From NCBI GenBank assembly GCA_021613535.1, contig CP075496.1, positions 13,640,001-13,704,000 of the forward strand: DNA of 64,000 bases. Direction: 5' to 3'. This DNA is from Adineta vaga (Eukaryota; Animalia; Rotifera). Both the position numbers and the translations under genes were made by a program. Every line of letters starts with the position of its first letter. Positions within the stretch are counted from its first letter, which is position 1. Below, piece by piece: positions 11,444 through 24,703 of the stretch. Below the pieces are notes generated by a model that saw only the letters and a list, made by a program, of their open reading frames with translations, had not been told where the DNA came from and searched no databases.

Positions 11444-14400
11444 ATGACGCGCCATAAACGACGTCATTCATCTGATCGATATAGTGATGACGATCGATCA
11501 CGTTCATCATATCATCATAAATCCCGGCGACATTCGCCACTAAATAATGAAACGAACAGTTCCAATGATAGACGAAAACATAGTCGATCACGATCGACAT
11601 CTTCATCAATATCATCGTCATCATCTTCATCGGCGACATCAACATCATCATCGTCATCTCGATCAAATGGTTCTGTTCGACGAAAAAGCTCAACAAGTTC
11701 ACGACATGTTCATTCCAAACGAACACATGATAAAGAACGACGAAGACGAGAAAATCACCATCACCATCATCGACGATTAAGAAAACGGTAAGTTATATAT
11801 TTCTTCGCCTTCTTTTAAGAAATCATTAGAGATTGTTTTAATTTAATTTCAATCATTCATTTTATTCTCTCTTTCTCTCTCTCGATTTGCAATTCAATGT
11901 TCAATTAATACATTAGAGAATAGAATATATGTCAGATTCGTTACTAGAAATTTATGCTCTGTCAAGCGAAAACAATCGTTGTATGTTCTATCAATTAAAT
12001 CTAAGTGAGCAATGAAATGGAATAGCTGTCAGTCTATGTATACGATAGCGTCATATTCGTCTATATTTACCACAAATATTTCAATGAGAATTAGTATCGA
12101 TTCGGTTATTTGTTATCCGATGCAAATCATTTTTACTAATTTTCGTCTAACAGACTTTTTCTACATTGCGACATATTACCCGATTGATTTTTTGAATCAA
12201 TAAGTTGTGCGAAACATCCGTCAATCTATTTATTCTCTATATATTTTGTTTTTTTTTCTAGCTGAAAGTACACGTAAGCAATTGCTAGTAGACGATACGA
12301 TAATTGTACTAATTTCATTAATCATTGTCCGCTTGATTGTATATATTAGTGAAAAAAAAAGATCGTTAGTTTTATAGTTGATTTCTCATACATACATATA
12401 TATATATATGTATTTAAAATCTAGATAAATTAGTTGGTAATTATGAAACTATTAGATATTTTCAAGGAAATATAGTGATGATTTACAATTATTCAAAGAG
12501 ACATAGATTCTTTTTCTTTGAGTCTTCGATTCTGTTTCTATCAACACATGAATACATATGGATATTGATTGAGTCGTTGGTGCTTTATCTAAAAAAGGAC
12601 TTGATGATAAGTTTTTGTTCGACAAAAGTAATTCTAAGTATATATTTAGTAACAAAATTGGCAAATTAACACAATCAGAAAACAAAATCTTTCATTTGAA
12701 TTTTGAATGCCTGATCATTGTTATTACAGATCTAAATGATAAGAATTCTCCTTCATATTTTGAACTATAATAAACATATCTCTAACTTTGCTTCACATTA
12801 GAAATCAAGAGTGACAAATTTATCGTAAATCTTTGCTATTGAACCTTGAATTGCAAAAAAAACATATCTTATCTTAGTCATCTTTCTTGTAAATATTGTG
12901 TATTTATTAAAATTATCTCTAATGATTTCAACATTGATATTCTCAACGAACATATAAGCATCAATAGTTATTTCAGCAATCATTTTTTTCTCTCTTTCTC
13001 ACCTATACCATAATGTTATTTTGTTTTCAGTTTTCTTTTTTTCTCTTCTTCTTCTTCTTGTCTTACCTATCTCATTAGTTAACGTGAACCTAATAACTGT
13101 ACAAATAACACAAAAATAATCGAAAAAAAAAACCACATTATTTACAATGTGTGTTTATACATTAATCGATCGATCGACAATATAGTTTACCTATATTGAA
13201 TCATTTGGTTTTTTTTGTGTCGCTATATGAATTACTAATGATTATCAGTCGACAAGTCTCCTATGGAAATTCTCTTGGTAAAGTATCTTCATTTCATTTT
13301 GGTGAAGATATTGATTATATGACGCAGAAATATGGACAACAATCTTTATCTCGTCATCATCGAAAGAAACATCGAGAATATCCAAATACTTTCATCGAAC
13401 GTATGAAATCCAATAATCGATATTTTACAAAGTATGTTGTATTAGAATAAGAAAAATCGTAAGATTTTTAGTCTGTAAAGAATATAAAATATGTGATGTT
13501 CAATTCTTTATTGATAAATTCTTTGGAGAAACGGATTTATTTTGTTATCTTAAGAGAAATTGTTAATTCTTCTTCTTCTATATCACAACTATAAAGGCAA
13601 TAATAACATCATTGACTTTCTTTTTTTTTCCATAAACTAGAGAATATTCTTCGTATTCTTTTGTAAAGTAATACTTGGAAGTAAATAGTGTCGAATGTAG
13701 GCGGATAAAAAGAGCACAGAGGCTAAGAATTTTCTTCGTCATCACTGTATGTATACGTTTGGCGCAATCGCGAGCGCGCGCGCGTACATATGCTTACTGG
13801 CTTACAATCTTACCATCCTTAGCAAGCGTAATTACTTTGAAAATATCTTCATCCTTTTCTTTTCTTTTCTTTTTCTTTCTTCTGCGTATGTATATCTATC
13901 TGTTGTGTATGATGAAAAAAACGAAGGAGAAGAAAGAGCATACCATATGAGAAAATCTTTCGCCTACATAATATCAATGCTTAACGGATATCGAGAGAGG
14001 AAGAAAGAACGGAAGAAAACAACAACAACAACAACAACAGCAGCAGCAGCAACTACACAAGTTTTCTGAAGATCAACATTTCCTTCTTCTTCTTCTTCTT
14101 CTTCTTCTCGTTGTCTCACTAAGGCAAGGCAAAAAAGAAGGCGTTGTCTCTTTCTTCTTCTGTACATTCATCTATACATATCTCTTGCGTAGTTATTCTC
14201 TCGGTTCGTTATTCATTCTTATCTAATCATCAGGAAAAACGAGTAGAAACCATCGTTAGCTTTTTTTTCTCTCCTTCTACTAACATATATACATACATAT
14301 CTTGATGGTATAAGACGATCAGCAAATGACAAGCAATATCAGTTCAGGCACAACTGGTCACGCATATCGTCTACGACCAATGCCTCTTAATTCAGTAACT

Positions 14401-17400
14401 AATAGTTCAAATTTAACTGGACAATCAACAAATACAAATCTAAATAATAATAGTAATTCTTTATATTATGGTTCATCATCAGCAGCAGCACCGACAGTTA
14501 CTCCTCCAACATGGAGTTATTCAACACCTAGTCAACTAGCTCGTAAATATGCGAATATTGCACCTATATGGTGTCATATCACTAAACCAAGACAATTGAA
14601 AAAAAAATTTGCATCTACCTTTCATCAAGCACAATCATTAGTCAGTTTTTATAACGAAGATCGAGCACCAAGTGAACGACGTGGTTCACTTACTCAATCA
14701 CAAAATTCAAATCAATCTCAACAACAGCAACCGATTGTACATAGTACAAGTTCAAATCCACAATATCATCATACTCCTCATCATCATGAATCCAATAGTT
14801 ATCGTCAACAGTATACTCCCCATTATGCTTCGCATGATCTGGGAAAAGAATCACCAGTAACATCAATTTCCTCATCAGTAGCGTCTTCATCATCACGAGC
14901 TAAAAAGAAATATACAGGTGGTGCTTTAACAATGCATGTATCATCATCATCACGTTTACAATCACCACCACCACCGCCACCTCCACCTCCGCCATTGAAT
15001 ATTGAAGAAAAATTTTCGACTCCAACTGAACGTAAAGCTCGTATTGATCAGTTAAAAGATTTAGTTTTCAATACACGTATTAAAGATACAATGGTCGGAC
15101 GAACAGATTCAAAAAATCGTTCAACAACTAATTTGCATAAAGCAAATTCATTTAAACGTATTGATCAAATAACTAATCCAATGGATGATTATCAACCAAC
15201 AGTCTTTCCACCAACGACACCAACACGAAAAGATTCACATTATTATCATTATCATTTACCATCAAATACGATTTCATCAACAATCAATGATAATCTCAAT
15301 AAATCTACTGTACTTTCACCCCTATCAACTTCAACAACAGCAGCAGCAGCAGCAGCATCTTCTTCTTCTTCAGTAATACCATCAACAACATCACATCCAT
15401 CATATAATTATGATTATTTACGTGCAAAATCAAAAGAACATACACGACCGACATACCATGATTCAAATTATATAACGACTCCTATACATACAACAGAAAT
15501 ACCATCATCTTCCGCTTCTTCTTCACAAATTGGATCAAGTAATTTACCATATATCGGTTCAACAATAGGAACAAATCCTTTGAATTCTTATCGTACATAT
15601 GATGAACATAGTTATATTGGTAAACCGAGTACAACTATTGATAAAAATTCATCGTATTCAGCCGTTACTTCATATCCAAGTTATCAAACACCTGGCTCAT
15701 CAAAACGACGTATTAAAAAATATCTACTTGCTAAAAGTGGTATTGGTACGTCGCTTTCTCATCAAACAGAACCTATTCTGACTAATTTTGAAAACTTATC
15801 TCTACATGATGAAGATAAAACAACAAATGGAGATGGTTCGAGTGTCATCATTGCAAATACACATACAACAACACCACCATCTCCAAGACTTTCAACATCT
15901 CCAAAACCAATAATAACAACAAACAGTGCTACTGTTGTTCCATCAATTGATACAGCAACAACACCTCCGTTACCATCTATTCCAGTAATTCCAACACTTA
16001 GTCCAGCTATTTCACCACCGCCTGTTTCAATTAATAACAATATTGTAGAAAATAATACTTTTTCTACACCCAATGCTCAATTATCACCAAGTCCACCACT
16101 AAATAGTACTAATACTATTATTAATAAAATTCCTCCAGTTATTGTTATACCATCATCGACGTCTCTCACATCTCCAAACAAACAACAGCAACAGTCATTG
16201 AAATCAACAACAAATTCTCTTCTCGAGCTTGTTCCTTCACATAATGGAAAGGAACAATCTCCATCTCGATCGATCGTCTCTTCAACTATCGAGGACGGGT
16301 GGGGATTTTCTCTATGTGTGCGTGTGTTTATGTGTGCATTTTAAGGATAAGAATGATTGCTGTGTTACTATCCGATGCTTGAGATAGAATAAGCCTTATA
16401 TTCCTATACGTTTCCCTTTTTTATTTTTTGCATGTATCAATCTTTTGCATGTGTTTGCAGTTCTTCGACACCGTCTCGCAATAATATACACACTAGCTCA
16501 TCAATTGAACGTCATCGTAGGCGTCGGCATAATCGACATGATTCTTCGGAAAATCGACGTGGCACAAATAACACCGGTGGTACAACACGTGCCGAAAGTA
16601 TTACAAGTAATACTTCAACATCGAAACGTCATAAGAAAACGAGCAATATAACGAATAATCATACAAATAATAATTATCATCATCATCATAAACGATCAAC
16701 TTCATCACCAAATCAAAGAGTAAGTCCTTCTTGTTTCATTTTTTATCCTTAGATTCCGATTATTCATCAGTGTATGAGAACATTATCTTTGTACCTTTGC
16801 ATACATACACACACACTAGTTAACAACCGAGGTTAATGGCACCTTGATATGTCGTGCCAAACGCGTGTACATATATAGAGAAGTATACTGCATATAGAAA
16901 TATACAAAAAAGAAGGAAATTGACCCCACATCGGTTCTTTTTTTTTGTCTTCTTCTTATGCAACTATAAGACTACCATGAGTATGGCATATACTCGACCA
17001 CATTCATAGGACAATGTGAAATAGTCAATGGTCAACTTAATCCTACTTCTTCCTCGTTTACTTAGATATTCTCACATTTAAAATTGTTTGCTAAGCAAAA
17101 GAAGAATAGTATTAGTTGCAGCTGTAGCAGCAATCGTAGTAGTATAGTTTCAATATTCTGAAAAGGCGAAAAGAGAAAAAGAAAGGAAAAAAAGGACGCT
17201 ACTACTACTATTGCTGCTGTTGTTGTTGCTGCCGCTGCCCTTTCTATCGTCCAGATGATCAGTCGGGAAGAAAAAGATGGCGAACACTGTATGCATGAAC
17301 TCTAATGGACAAATGATAAAGAAGTAAGAGAAGCAAAAAAGAAACGAAGAAGAAGAAGAAGAAGAAATAAAGAAAAAGAGAGTGAGAGAACGAACACATA

Positions 17401-20378
17401 TTGATATAGAAGTGGTCACTTGGTCGAATTGATTAATAATTTTCGAGCAAGCAAACTGACGACGACGACCTTCGTCTAAAGTTTTTTGGTGGCGGAAGAA
17501 AAGAAGAGGAAAGACAAAGATTGTTATTCGCTCACGTACATACACATACATACATCCATATATTCTCTTCATATCCATATCGGCGAAGAAACGTACAATA
17601 TACATTCATCTATTATATTCATTCTTTTCAAATCGATATTTTACATATATATATATATATTTCAATGTATTATTCTCTGGGTTCACGAAGGTAATATTTC
17701 AAAGAAGAAAAAAACGCTTCGAAATATTTCCTTGAAGAGAATATGACCTGATTTAATCCGAAAAAAATTCTTTCAACAAAATGCGACTCATTCAATTCAA
17801 TAGTGGTCTTCGTGTTGTATTGAAAGATGTTCAACAACAACAACAAACTGACCCATTACCAAGATATTATCTTGCTCCTCCATTACAACCACCTCCACAT
17901 CATTCATCGAATACATCGATAGCTACCACAAGTTCATCAAGTAAATCAAATATTTCAATAAATACAAATCATGAATATTATATACATCGACAATATCTTT
18001 CATCCACACATTCAACAAATTGTCAGACATCTAATCCAGTAAAAACACCACCCGTATTGAATCCAATACCATCATCAACGCTTACCGTCGAGGTAGGAAT
18101 AAGTCAAACTCTACACGATGTACAATGAAAATAACACGTACACATCTCTAAGTTGTTGTGTGTGTGTGTGTGTGTGTCATCTATTTATTCAAAAGCTTGA
18201 CACGTGTACAGATGTTTGACCTTCTTTACATTTAACTTACATTATAAATCAACGAAGCACATCTTTATTCTAAAAAGGCATACCATATATACTTATGTAA
18301 TTTATACCGACTTGTTTCCTCTTCTTCTTCTTCTTCTTCGTTGTCACCCCTATTAGTAAAGTAAGATGATGTAATAATGATCGGATTCTTTTCCCTGAAG
18401 GCGACATGAAGTGAAAGTAAGTAGATGTGCGTGTGTATGTTCAATCTAAAAAGAATTAAATAATCTGTCTGAGAAAAATGACGATTATATGTGTATGTTT
18501 TTTTCATGTAGAATCGACGAGACAAAAGCGATTCGGGCCATGTCAATATTCGTGATGATGATGAAGGACATTTGATTTATGTTCCAGGTAAATTTATCTA
18601 TTATAATTTTATTGAAAAAAAAAACTTTATTAATTCTTCTTTTAGGTGATATTTTACATCATCAATGTAAGTACGATTTTGTCCTAGTTCAGTTGTTCAC
18701 ATATTAACATCATTTTATCAGAAATAATATTTTGATTGATGAAGAGAGAATTCATTGTTGATAGCCTTTAGCAAATGATTGATAATTGAGTAGTTGAAAT
18801 ATGAAAATTATAATTGATTAATGAGTATATGTTCTTTTGGATAATAGTATAGACATTGATTTTCATCTGATAACTTTATCTCTATATTATAATAATAAAT
18901 CAAACGAAAACATGTTTATTGATTTATCACTTCAATTAGTGATGAGATATTCAATCGATATCGATGTATGAGAATTGAATAAATATATATTTAGATGAAA
19001 TTCGACGAACACTTGGCGAAGGTACATTTGGCAAAGTTGTAGAAGTTCGTGATCTTCGCGGGTAAGAAGAAATTTACAAGATTTTTATTGATAAAAATGT
19101 TCGATTTTGAATCATTTAAGTGATGGTAATAGACGTTTAGCATTGAAAATTATAAAAAATGTTGAAAAATATCGTGAAGCGGCCCGGTTAGAAATCAATG
19201 TACTTAAAACAATCAATGAAAAAGATCCCGATGGTGTTAAGTAAGTTTAAATTAACTTCTACAAACAAAAAATGAAACATTCTTCTTTAGTTTATGTGTT
19301 GCATTACTTGATTCATTTGATTATTATGGTCATATCTGTATTGCTTTTAATATGTTAGGTTTAAGTGTATTTGATTTTTTAAAAGAAAATAATTATATCC
19401 CATATCCAATTGATCAAGTGCGTCATATTTCATATCAATTATGTCTTGCTGTTAAATTTCTTCATGACATTGCATTAACACATACAGATTTAAAAGTAAG
19501 AAGAACAAAATATTGAATATTTCATAATCGATTCCCTTTTTTAGCCTGAAAATATTCTTTTTGTGAATTCGGAATATAATGTTGTATTTAATCATCGAAA
19601 AGTAGGTTTTATTTTGTTAATAAAAGAAGTAAAATGTTGTTTTTGAAGAGAAGAGATGAACGTGTCGTACGTCAAACTGATATTAAAGTCATTGATTTCG
19701 GTTCTGCAACATTCGATTGGGAACATCATTCAACAATTGTTTCAACTCGACATTATCGTGCACCTGAAGTTATTCTCGAATTAGGTTGGTCTCAACCATG
19801 TGATGTTTGGAGTATTGGTTGTATTCTTTTTGAACTTTATCTTGGTTTTACACTTTTTCAAGTAAATTCAATTCAATTCTTTGTTTTTGAAGAAAAAAAA
19901 TAACTTATTTGTTTAGACACATGATAATAAAGAACATTTAGCCATGATGGAACGTATCCTTGGTTCTATTCCATATCGAATGGCAAAACAATCAAAGTAA
20001 AAAGAAAAAAATTCAGAAGATTTTGAAATAAATGAATTTTTTTAGGAAAACGAAATATTTCTATCATGGTCGACTGGATTGGGATGAACGTAGTTCAGCT
20101 GGTCGTTATGTACGCGATAATTGTAAACCATTAAGGGTAAAGATGAATCTTTCGAAAAGAAATATCTATTAAAATTCTTTTCTCTTTAGCGTTATATGAT
20201 GAGTGACGAACAAGATCATCAACAATTATTTGAATTAATTGAAAAAATGCTTGAATATGATCCAAAACGACGAATAACCTTAACTGAGTCTCTTCGACAT
20301 CCATTTTTTGAACGTCTTTTACCAGAACAGCGTATTAGCGAACTTCCTCCAATCGTCAATACAACTTCCAAGTCTTGA
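11444..20378 (+). CDS. CLK: CLK/Doa LAMMER dual-specificity kinase with alternative N-terminal exons
   Basis: RS/His-rich first exon, [60 protein letters not shown]; stop at 20376-20378. Includes a 21-nt micro-exon at 18646-18666. Confidence 0.95.
18157..18177. repeat. (TG)n microsatellite in a CLK intron
   Basis: About 10 TG units seen directly. Confidence 0.9.
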
Positions 20379-20820
20379 TAGTGTTTATCTTGTGTGATAT
20401 ATATTTAACATATATCCTTTCTTTCTATATAAATATATCTGAGGAAATAAAAAACAAAAACTACGTAGAGAAGAGAAATCTAATCGAATATTGGTGTCGC
20501 TTTTTGTTTCTCTTTTTGTGCATGTTCTCTTTTTCTTTTTGTTGTATTACTTTTTCTTCTATTTGTACTGCTATGATGATGAATTATGATTGAAAAAAAA
20601 GAAAACAAACAAGAAAGATAAAGACATTAAAATACAGACCAAACAATTGTTTCCTTCTTTTTCTTCATTCTTTTTTGCTTGTTATCTTTTCATGTAATTC
20701 TCTACTTCTCTTCGTTTTTTCTGTATCCGTCCGGCTAAATATCAAGTTAGCCAGAGAGGATGAGTAAAAAAAAAGAAATCACAAATTAGACAAAAATAAC
20801 TCTTATGTACATACATATAC

Positions 20821-20840
20821 ATATATATATATATATATAT
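20821..20840. repeat. (AT)10 microsatellite
   Basis: Seen directly; similar (AT)n runs occur near 7843, 31742, 58266, 58441 and 63220. Confidence 0.9.
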
Positions 20841-20868
20841 AAACAGATCACTTTTTACAGATTAAATA

Positions 20869-22386
20869 ATGGTTCGCATTGCAGTTTTGGGTTGTGGAAC
20901 TATGGGTTTGAAAATTGCAGGTTTATATCTTCGATTTGATTGTTTATTATTGATCGATTTTTCTTTGTTTCATAGGCAATTTCGCCTATTATGGTCATAT
21001 TGTAAAGATTTTCGATAGTGATTTAAGACAATTGGATAGTGCATGTGAGCGTATTCATCATGATGAAGATCAATTATATCGTGATGGACTTATTGAAATG
21101 CCGAAATTTTTAGTGAGTTTTTTATCTACAAAATCTTCAAATTTCTTTCTTTTTCCATCAGGGTCAAATCTTATGTTTAAATCGTCTTGAAGATGCTGTT
21201 AAAGATGTGGAATTTATTTTCGAATGTATTGTTGAAAATCTAGAACTAAAACAATCATTAATTGAAAGTAGGAATTTTCATGCAAAGAAAATTAGGTTAA
21301 ACAAGAACAGCCTCTTTTTACTTACCTATAGAATGACATACTTTTCAGGTCAGTTTTAACCGATATAATTTTCTTCATTATTCGAGAGAAACGAAAAAAA
21401 GACGATGAATACTTTTATCATAAGGAGTCGACTTTCTACTAGAAAAAAAAAGAATAATTTTAAACTGTCGTCATCAAGAACTCCATTTTCAAAATAAAGA
21501 ACGAAAAAATTAGGTCAAAAAAAATAAATTGTTCTACTTTTCTATTTTTAAGAAGCTGCTCAATCCGCTCCAGCAGATGCTATCATATGCTCAAATACAA
21601 TGCGATTAGATTTAGACAAAATATCGGAAAATCTTCTTCATAAAGAAGTAAATTGATCTTTAGTATTTCTAATTATCCATTAGAAGAAAAATTGTTCAAT
21701 TTAGAATTTTCTTGGAGCACGATTTTTGTATCCCGTATATTATGTATCGGAAGTTGAACTCAATCCAAGTATTTCAACAAGTACACAAACAATCAGTGCT
21801 TGTATGGAAATTCTATTCGTAATTTTCATTGATTAAACTTTCATTTTTTTTAGTAAGAAAATTACTTGAACAGATGGATAAAGTTTTGTACTTTCGTTCA
21901 ACAATGGATCCATTGATTCTCGATGAAGAACAACGTGAAACAAGACGAAAAGGTATTTTTTTTATGGACAAAGAATTTTCAATTGATAATGAATATTTCA
22001 TTTAGCTCGTATTGAACAATTGAAAAAAAGTAGTGGAATTATGGTTGTTCGTGGTCGAACATTACCTGAATTATCATCATCATCACATCGAACTGGTGGT
22101 CATGGTGGAACTCGTAGTGATTTAAGTAAATAATTCAAAACAATATTTTTTCGTTGTTTACAATTAATTTCTTTTAGTTGATAGTGCAACTAATGGAAAT
22201 AATAATTCTTTGGCTAATGAAAATGTTGATTGTTCAATTTGTATGGATCGTCCACGAAATTCTGTTATACGTTCATGTAATCATTTTGTTACATGTTATG
22301 AATGTGCACGTCTTCTATATAATCGAAAAGATCCATGTCCAGTTTGTCGAAAACGTATTGATGATGTTATTCGTGTATATACATGA
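20869..22386 (+). CDS. 3-hydroxyacyl-CoA dehydrogenase-like NAD-binding domain fused to a C-terminal C3HC4 RING finger
   Basis: Eight exons splice in frame. MVRIAVLGCGTMG (GxGxxG), FIFECIVENLELKQ, AIICSNT, FLGARFLYPVYY..EVE; ends CSICMDRPRNSVIRSCNHFVTCYECARLL....CPVCRKRIDDVIRVYT*. Not shown by the ORF track because exons are short. Confidence 0.88.
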
Positions 22387-22789
22387 AAAATTTTCTTATT
22401 TTAATATTGTACGTCGTGTGTCAGATGTATTGTGATATAGAACCACTTTTTTTTTGAATATTTTATAAATATAAATATTATTATATCGATGTATTATGCT
22501 TTGAATCTATTTTAGAGATTATACAAAGAGTTTTATTCTTTTTTTCTGTCTTTTCATAATGATCGAATTAAAACAATCATCATATTGGTAAGTCTTTTTC
22601 AGACATGATGAAGAGTATAGAAACATAAAAATACTGTCGAAAAGATAATAGATATAAAAATGTTCGAGAATTGATGGCAAAAATCTGACCTATTTCTATA
22701 TTAAAACTAGAGCATGTTTGCGTATGTTAGTCTTATCTATGCATTTGGTCTTTCAACCCCCTTTAAAGAAAGTAAATAGACTCGACTAG

Positions 22790-22797
22790 TATATAAA
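22790..22797 (+). promoter_or_regulatory. Possible TATA box upstream of the CDP-transferase fusion gene
   Basis: TATATAAA ~65 nt before ATG 22859; weak evidence in AT-rich DNA. Confidence 0.25.
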
Positions 22798-22858
22798 GAT
22801 CTTCTCATTTGAAATATTTTCATACTAATACCCATACCTTAAAATAAAATACTGAGAA

Positions 22859-24703
22859 ATGACAAATCAAACTCTTAATATACATTTTCGTATGTATTTA
22901 TAAACGTTGTTTTTCTTCCTATAAATATTTTTTTAATTTATATTATTTCCTCTAGGTTTTCAAGGATTATTATCGATAGTTCAATGGTTTCTCAATCTTT
23001 TGATAACAATCAATCAGATTATGACATCATTTATGTTTCATCTGGTGATTTGGTACGATTTATATGTATATACACCATTACAAATGTACCTTTCACCACA
23101 TATGGCTCACATTCCACGTGTTATTCAAATTGGAAATAAAACTATTACTGTATTCAATGCTAATATTGTCACTTATTCACGAACACTTCTTATTATTCCA
23201 ATTGCATGGTGTTTAAAGTAAGTTTTAATCTTAAATTTTCTTGAAAATGTTCATAAATATTCATTTGTATTTAGATTCAATCATCCAATCTCTGCTTGTT
23301 TATTAGTATTATTTCATGATTTTCTTGATCATATTGATGGAATTGTTGCTAAAGTTCATAAACGTATCTATGGTGATAATATTGATGATCCATTATTAGG
23401 CGGTTTTATGGATGCATTTTGCGATAAAATTGTTAATGTTTTCTGTCTTTGGACAATTATACAAGAAACACATTTCGAACAAACATCAACTTTATTTACA
23501 ATGTTATTTGTACTTCTTTGTTATACAATCATTGCACTTGAAACAGCAATTGGTATTGTACGAGTACAAGATTATTTTCATGCTGCTCTTCTTGGAAATA
23601 AGTATAATATTAATTCAACATCTGCTGTTATGGAAGGAAAATTAAAAGAAAAACTTGAATCAATTGGATTAGCATTTTTATGTTTATCAACTGATTATCT
23701 TTCACCATTTGAACATTGGTGTAAGTAAACGAATTCATTTGTTTTATTTATTCTATTCAATTAATCTTATTTAATGATTTATTTTTAGCTGGAATATCTG
23801 GTGTCCTTTGTTTTGCATTAACAATTCGATTAGCATATATTTCTTTAATGAAGAAATTACAAGCACGACAAATAAATGATGAAAAAAAGAAAAGTGTTAC
23901 TATTAATGAACAAATCTGTGAAATTGAAATACCTGTTCAAAAATCAATTGCAGTTATGAATTCATTGAATTTAACAAATGTTACAAAAACACGTCAACGA
24001 GCAATGACAGTCAATTCATCACGAGAAGAAGTATGTGTTCTTTTGAAATGATTTTATATGAATTTTTTCTATCTTTTTTCTTTAATTATAGAATGAAAAA
24101 ATGAAACGTATAAGTTTTTCATCATCTAATGATTCTGAAGATGAAACAAATGAACGTCAAAGTTCAAACTCATCATCATCATCTGAAATTCATAATGAAT
24201 CTTCACCTGTCTATCAACGTAGTGCATCATTACCATCTATTTGGATTGATGGTCGTGCTGATAAAGTTTACACTGTTGGTTGTTTTGATTTATTTCATGA
24301 AGGTCATCGTCTTCTTCTTCAACGTATGAGACAATATGGTCGTCAAGTTATTGTTGGTGTACATGATAGTCGTAGTATTCATAAATTAAAGAAACGTGTA
24401 CCTGTTGATGGAACTGAAACACGTATGTTGAATGTTAAACGATATGCAGATGAAGTTTATTGTGTTGCTGGTACAGATCCATCAAATTTTGTTAAATGTA
24501 TTGTACATTTACGTGAAAATGAAACAGCTGTTTATATACGCGGTGATGATATGGCCGACTTTCCATGTCGTGATATTGTCGAAGAATTAATGCCAGTTAA
24601 ATTTCTACCGTATACAAGTGGTGTTTCGAGTACACAATTACGCAAAGAATTATTTTCACATATTCAAGCAGATGATATAGAACATTTAGAAAAAGTAAAT
24701 TGA
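22859..24703 (+). CDS. Bifunctional CDP-alcohol phosphotransferase (N-terminal, membrane) + TagD/glycerol-3-phosphate cytidylyltransferase-like domain (C-terminal)
   Basis: NANIVTYSR; DFLDHIDGIVAK...GGFMDAFCDK (DxxDGxxA(R/K)..GxxxDxxxD); C-terminal VYTVGCFDLFHEGH (HxGH), VIVGVHD, RGDD, LPYTSGVSSTQLR. Five exons join in frame. Confidence 0.88.

Noticed and set aside
13675-14167. Overlapping 67-106 aa ORFs
   Set aside because: Low-complexity promoter/UTR sequence (ACA, GCA, TCT repeats) without coding features.
18735-18870. TGATGA ... CTGA in a CLK intron (box C/D snoRNA-like)
   Set aside because: No convincing terminal stem or recognisable rRNA guide; motifs are common in AT-rich DNA.
21288-21515. 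10-bp direct repeat AAAATTAGGT flanking ~210 nt in the long HAD-RING intron (possible TSD)
   Set aside because: No terminal inverted repeats; such AT-rich 10-mers can recur by chance.
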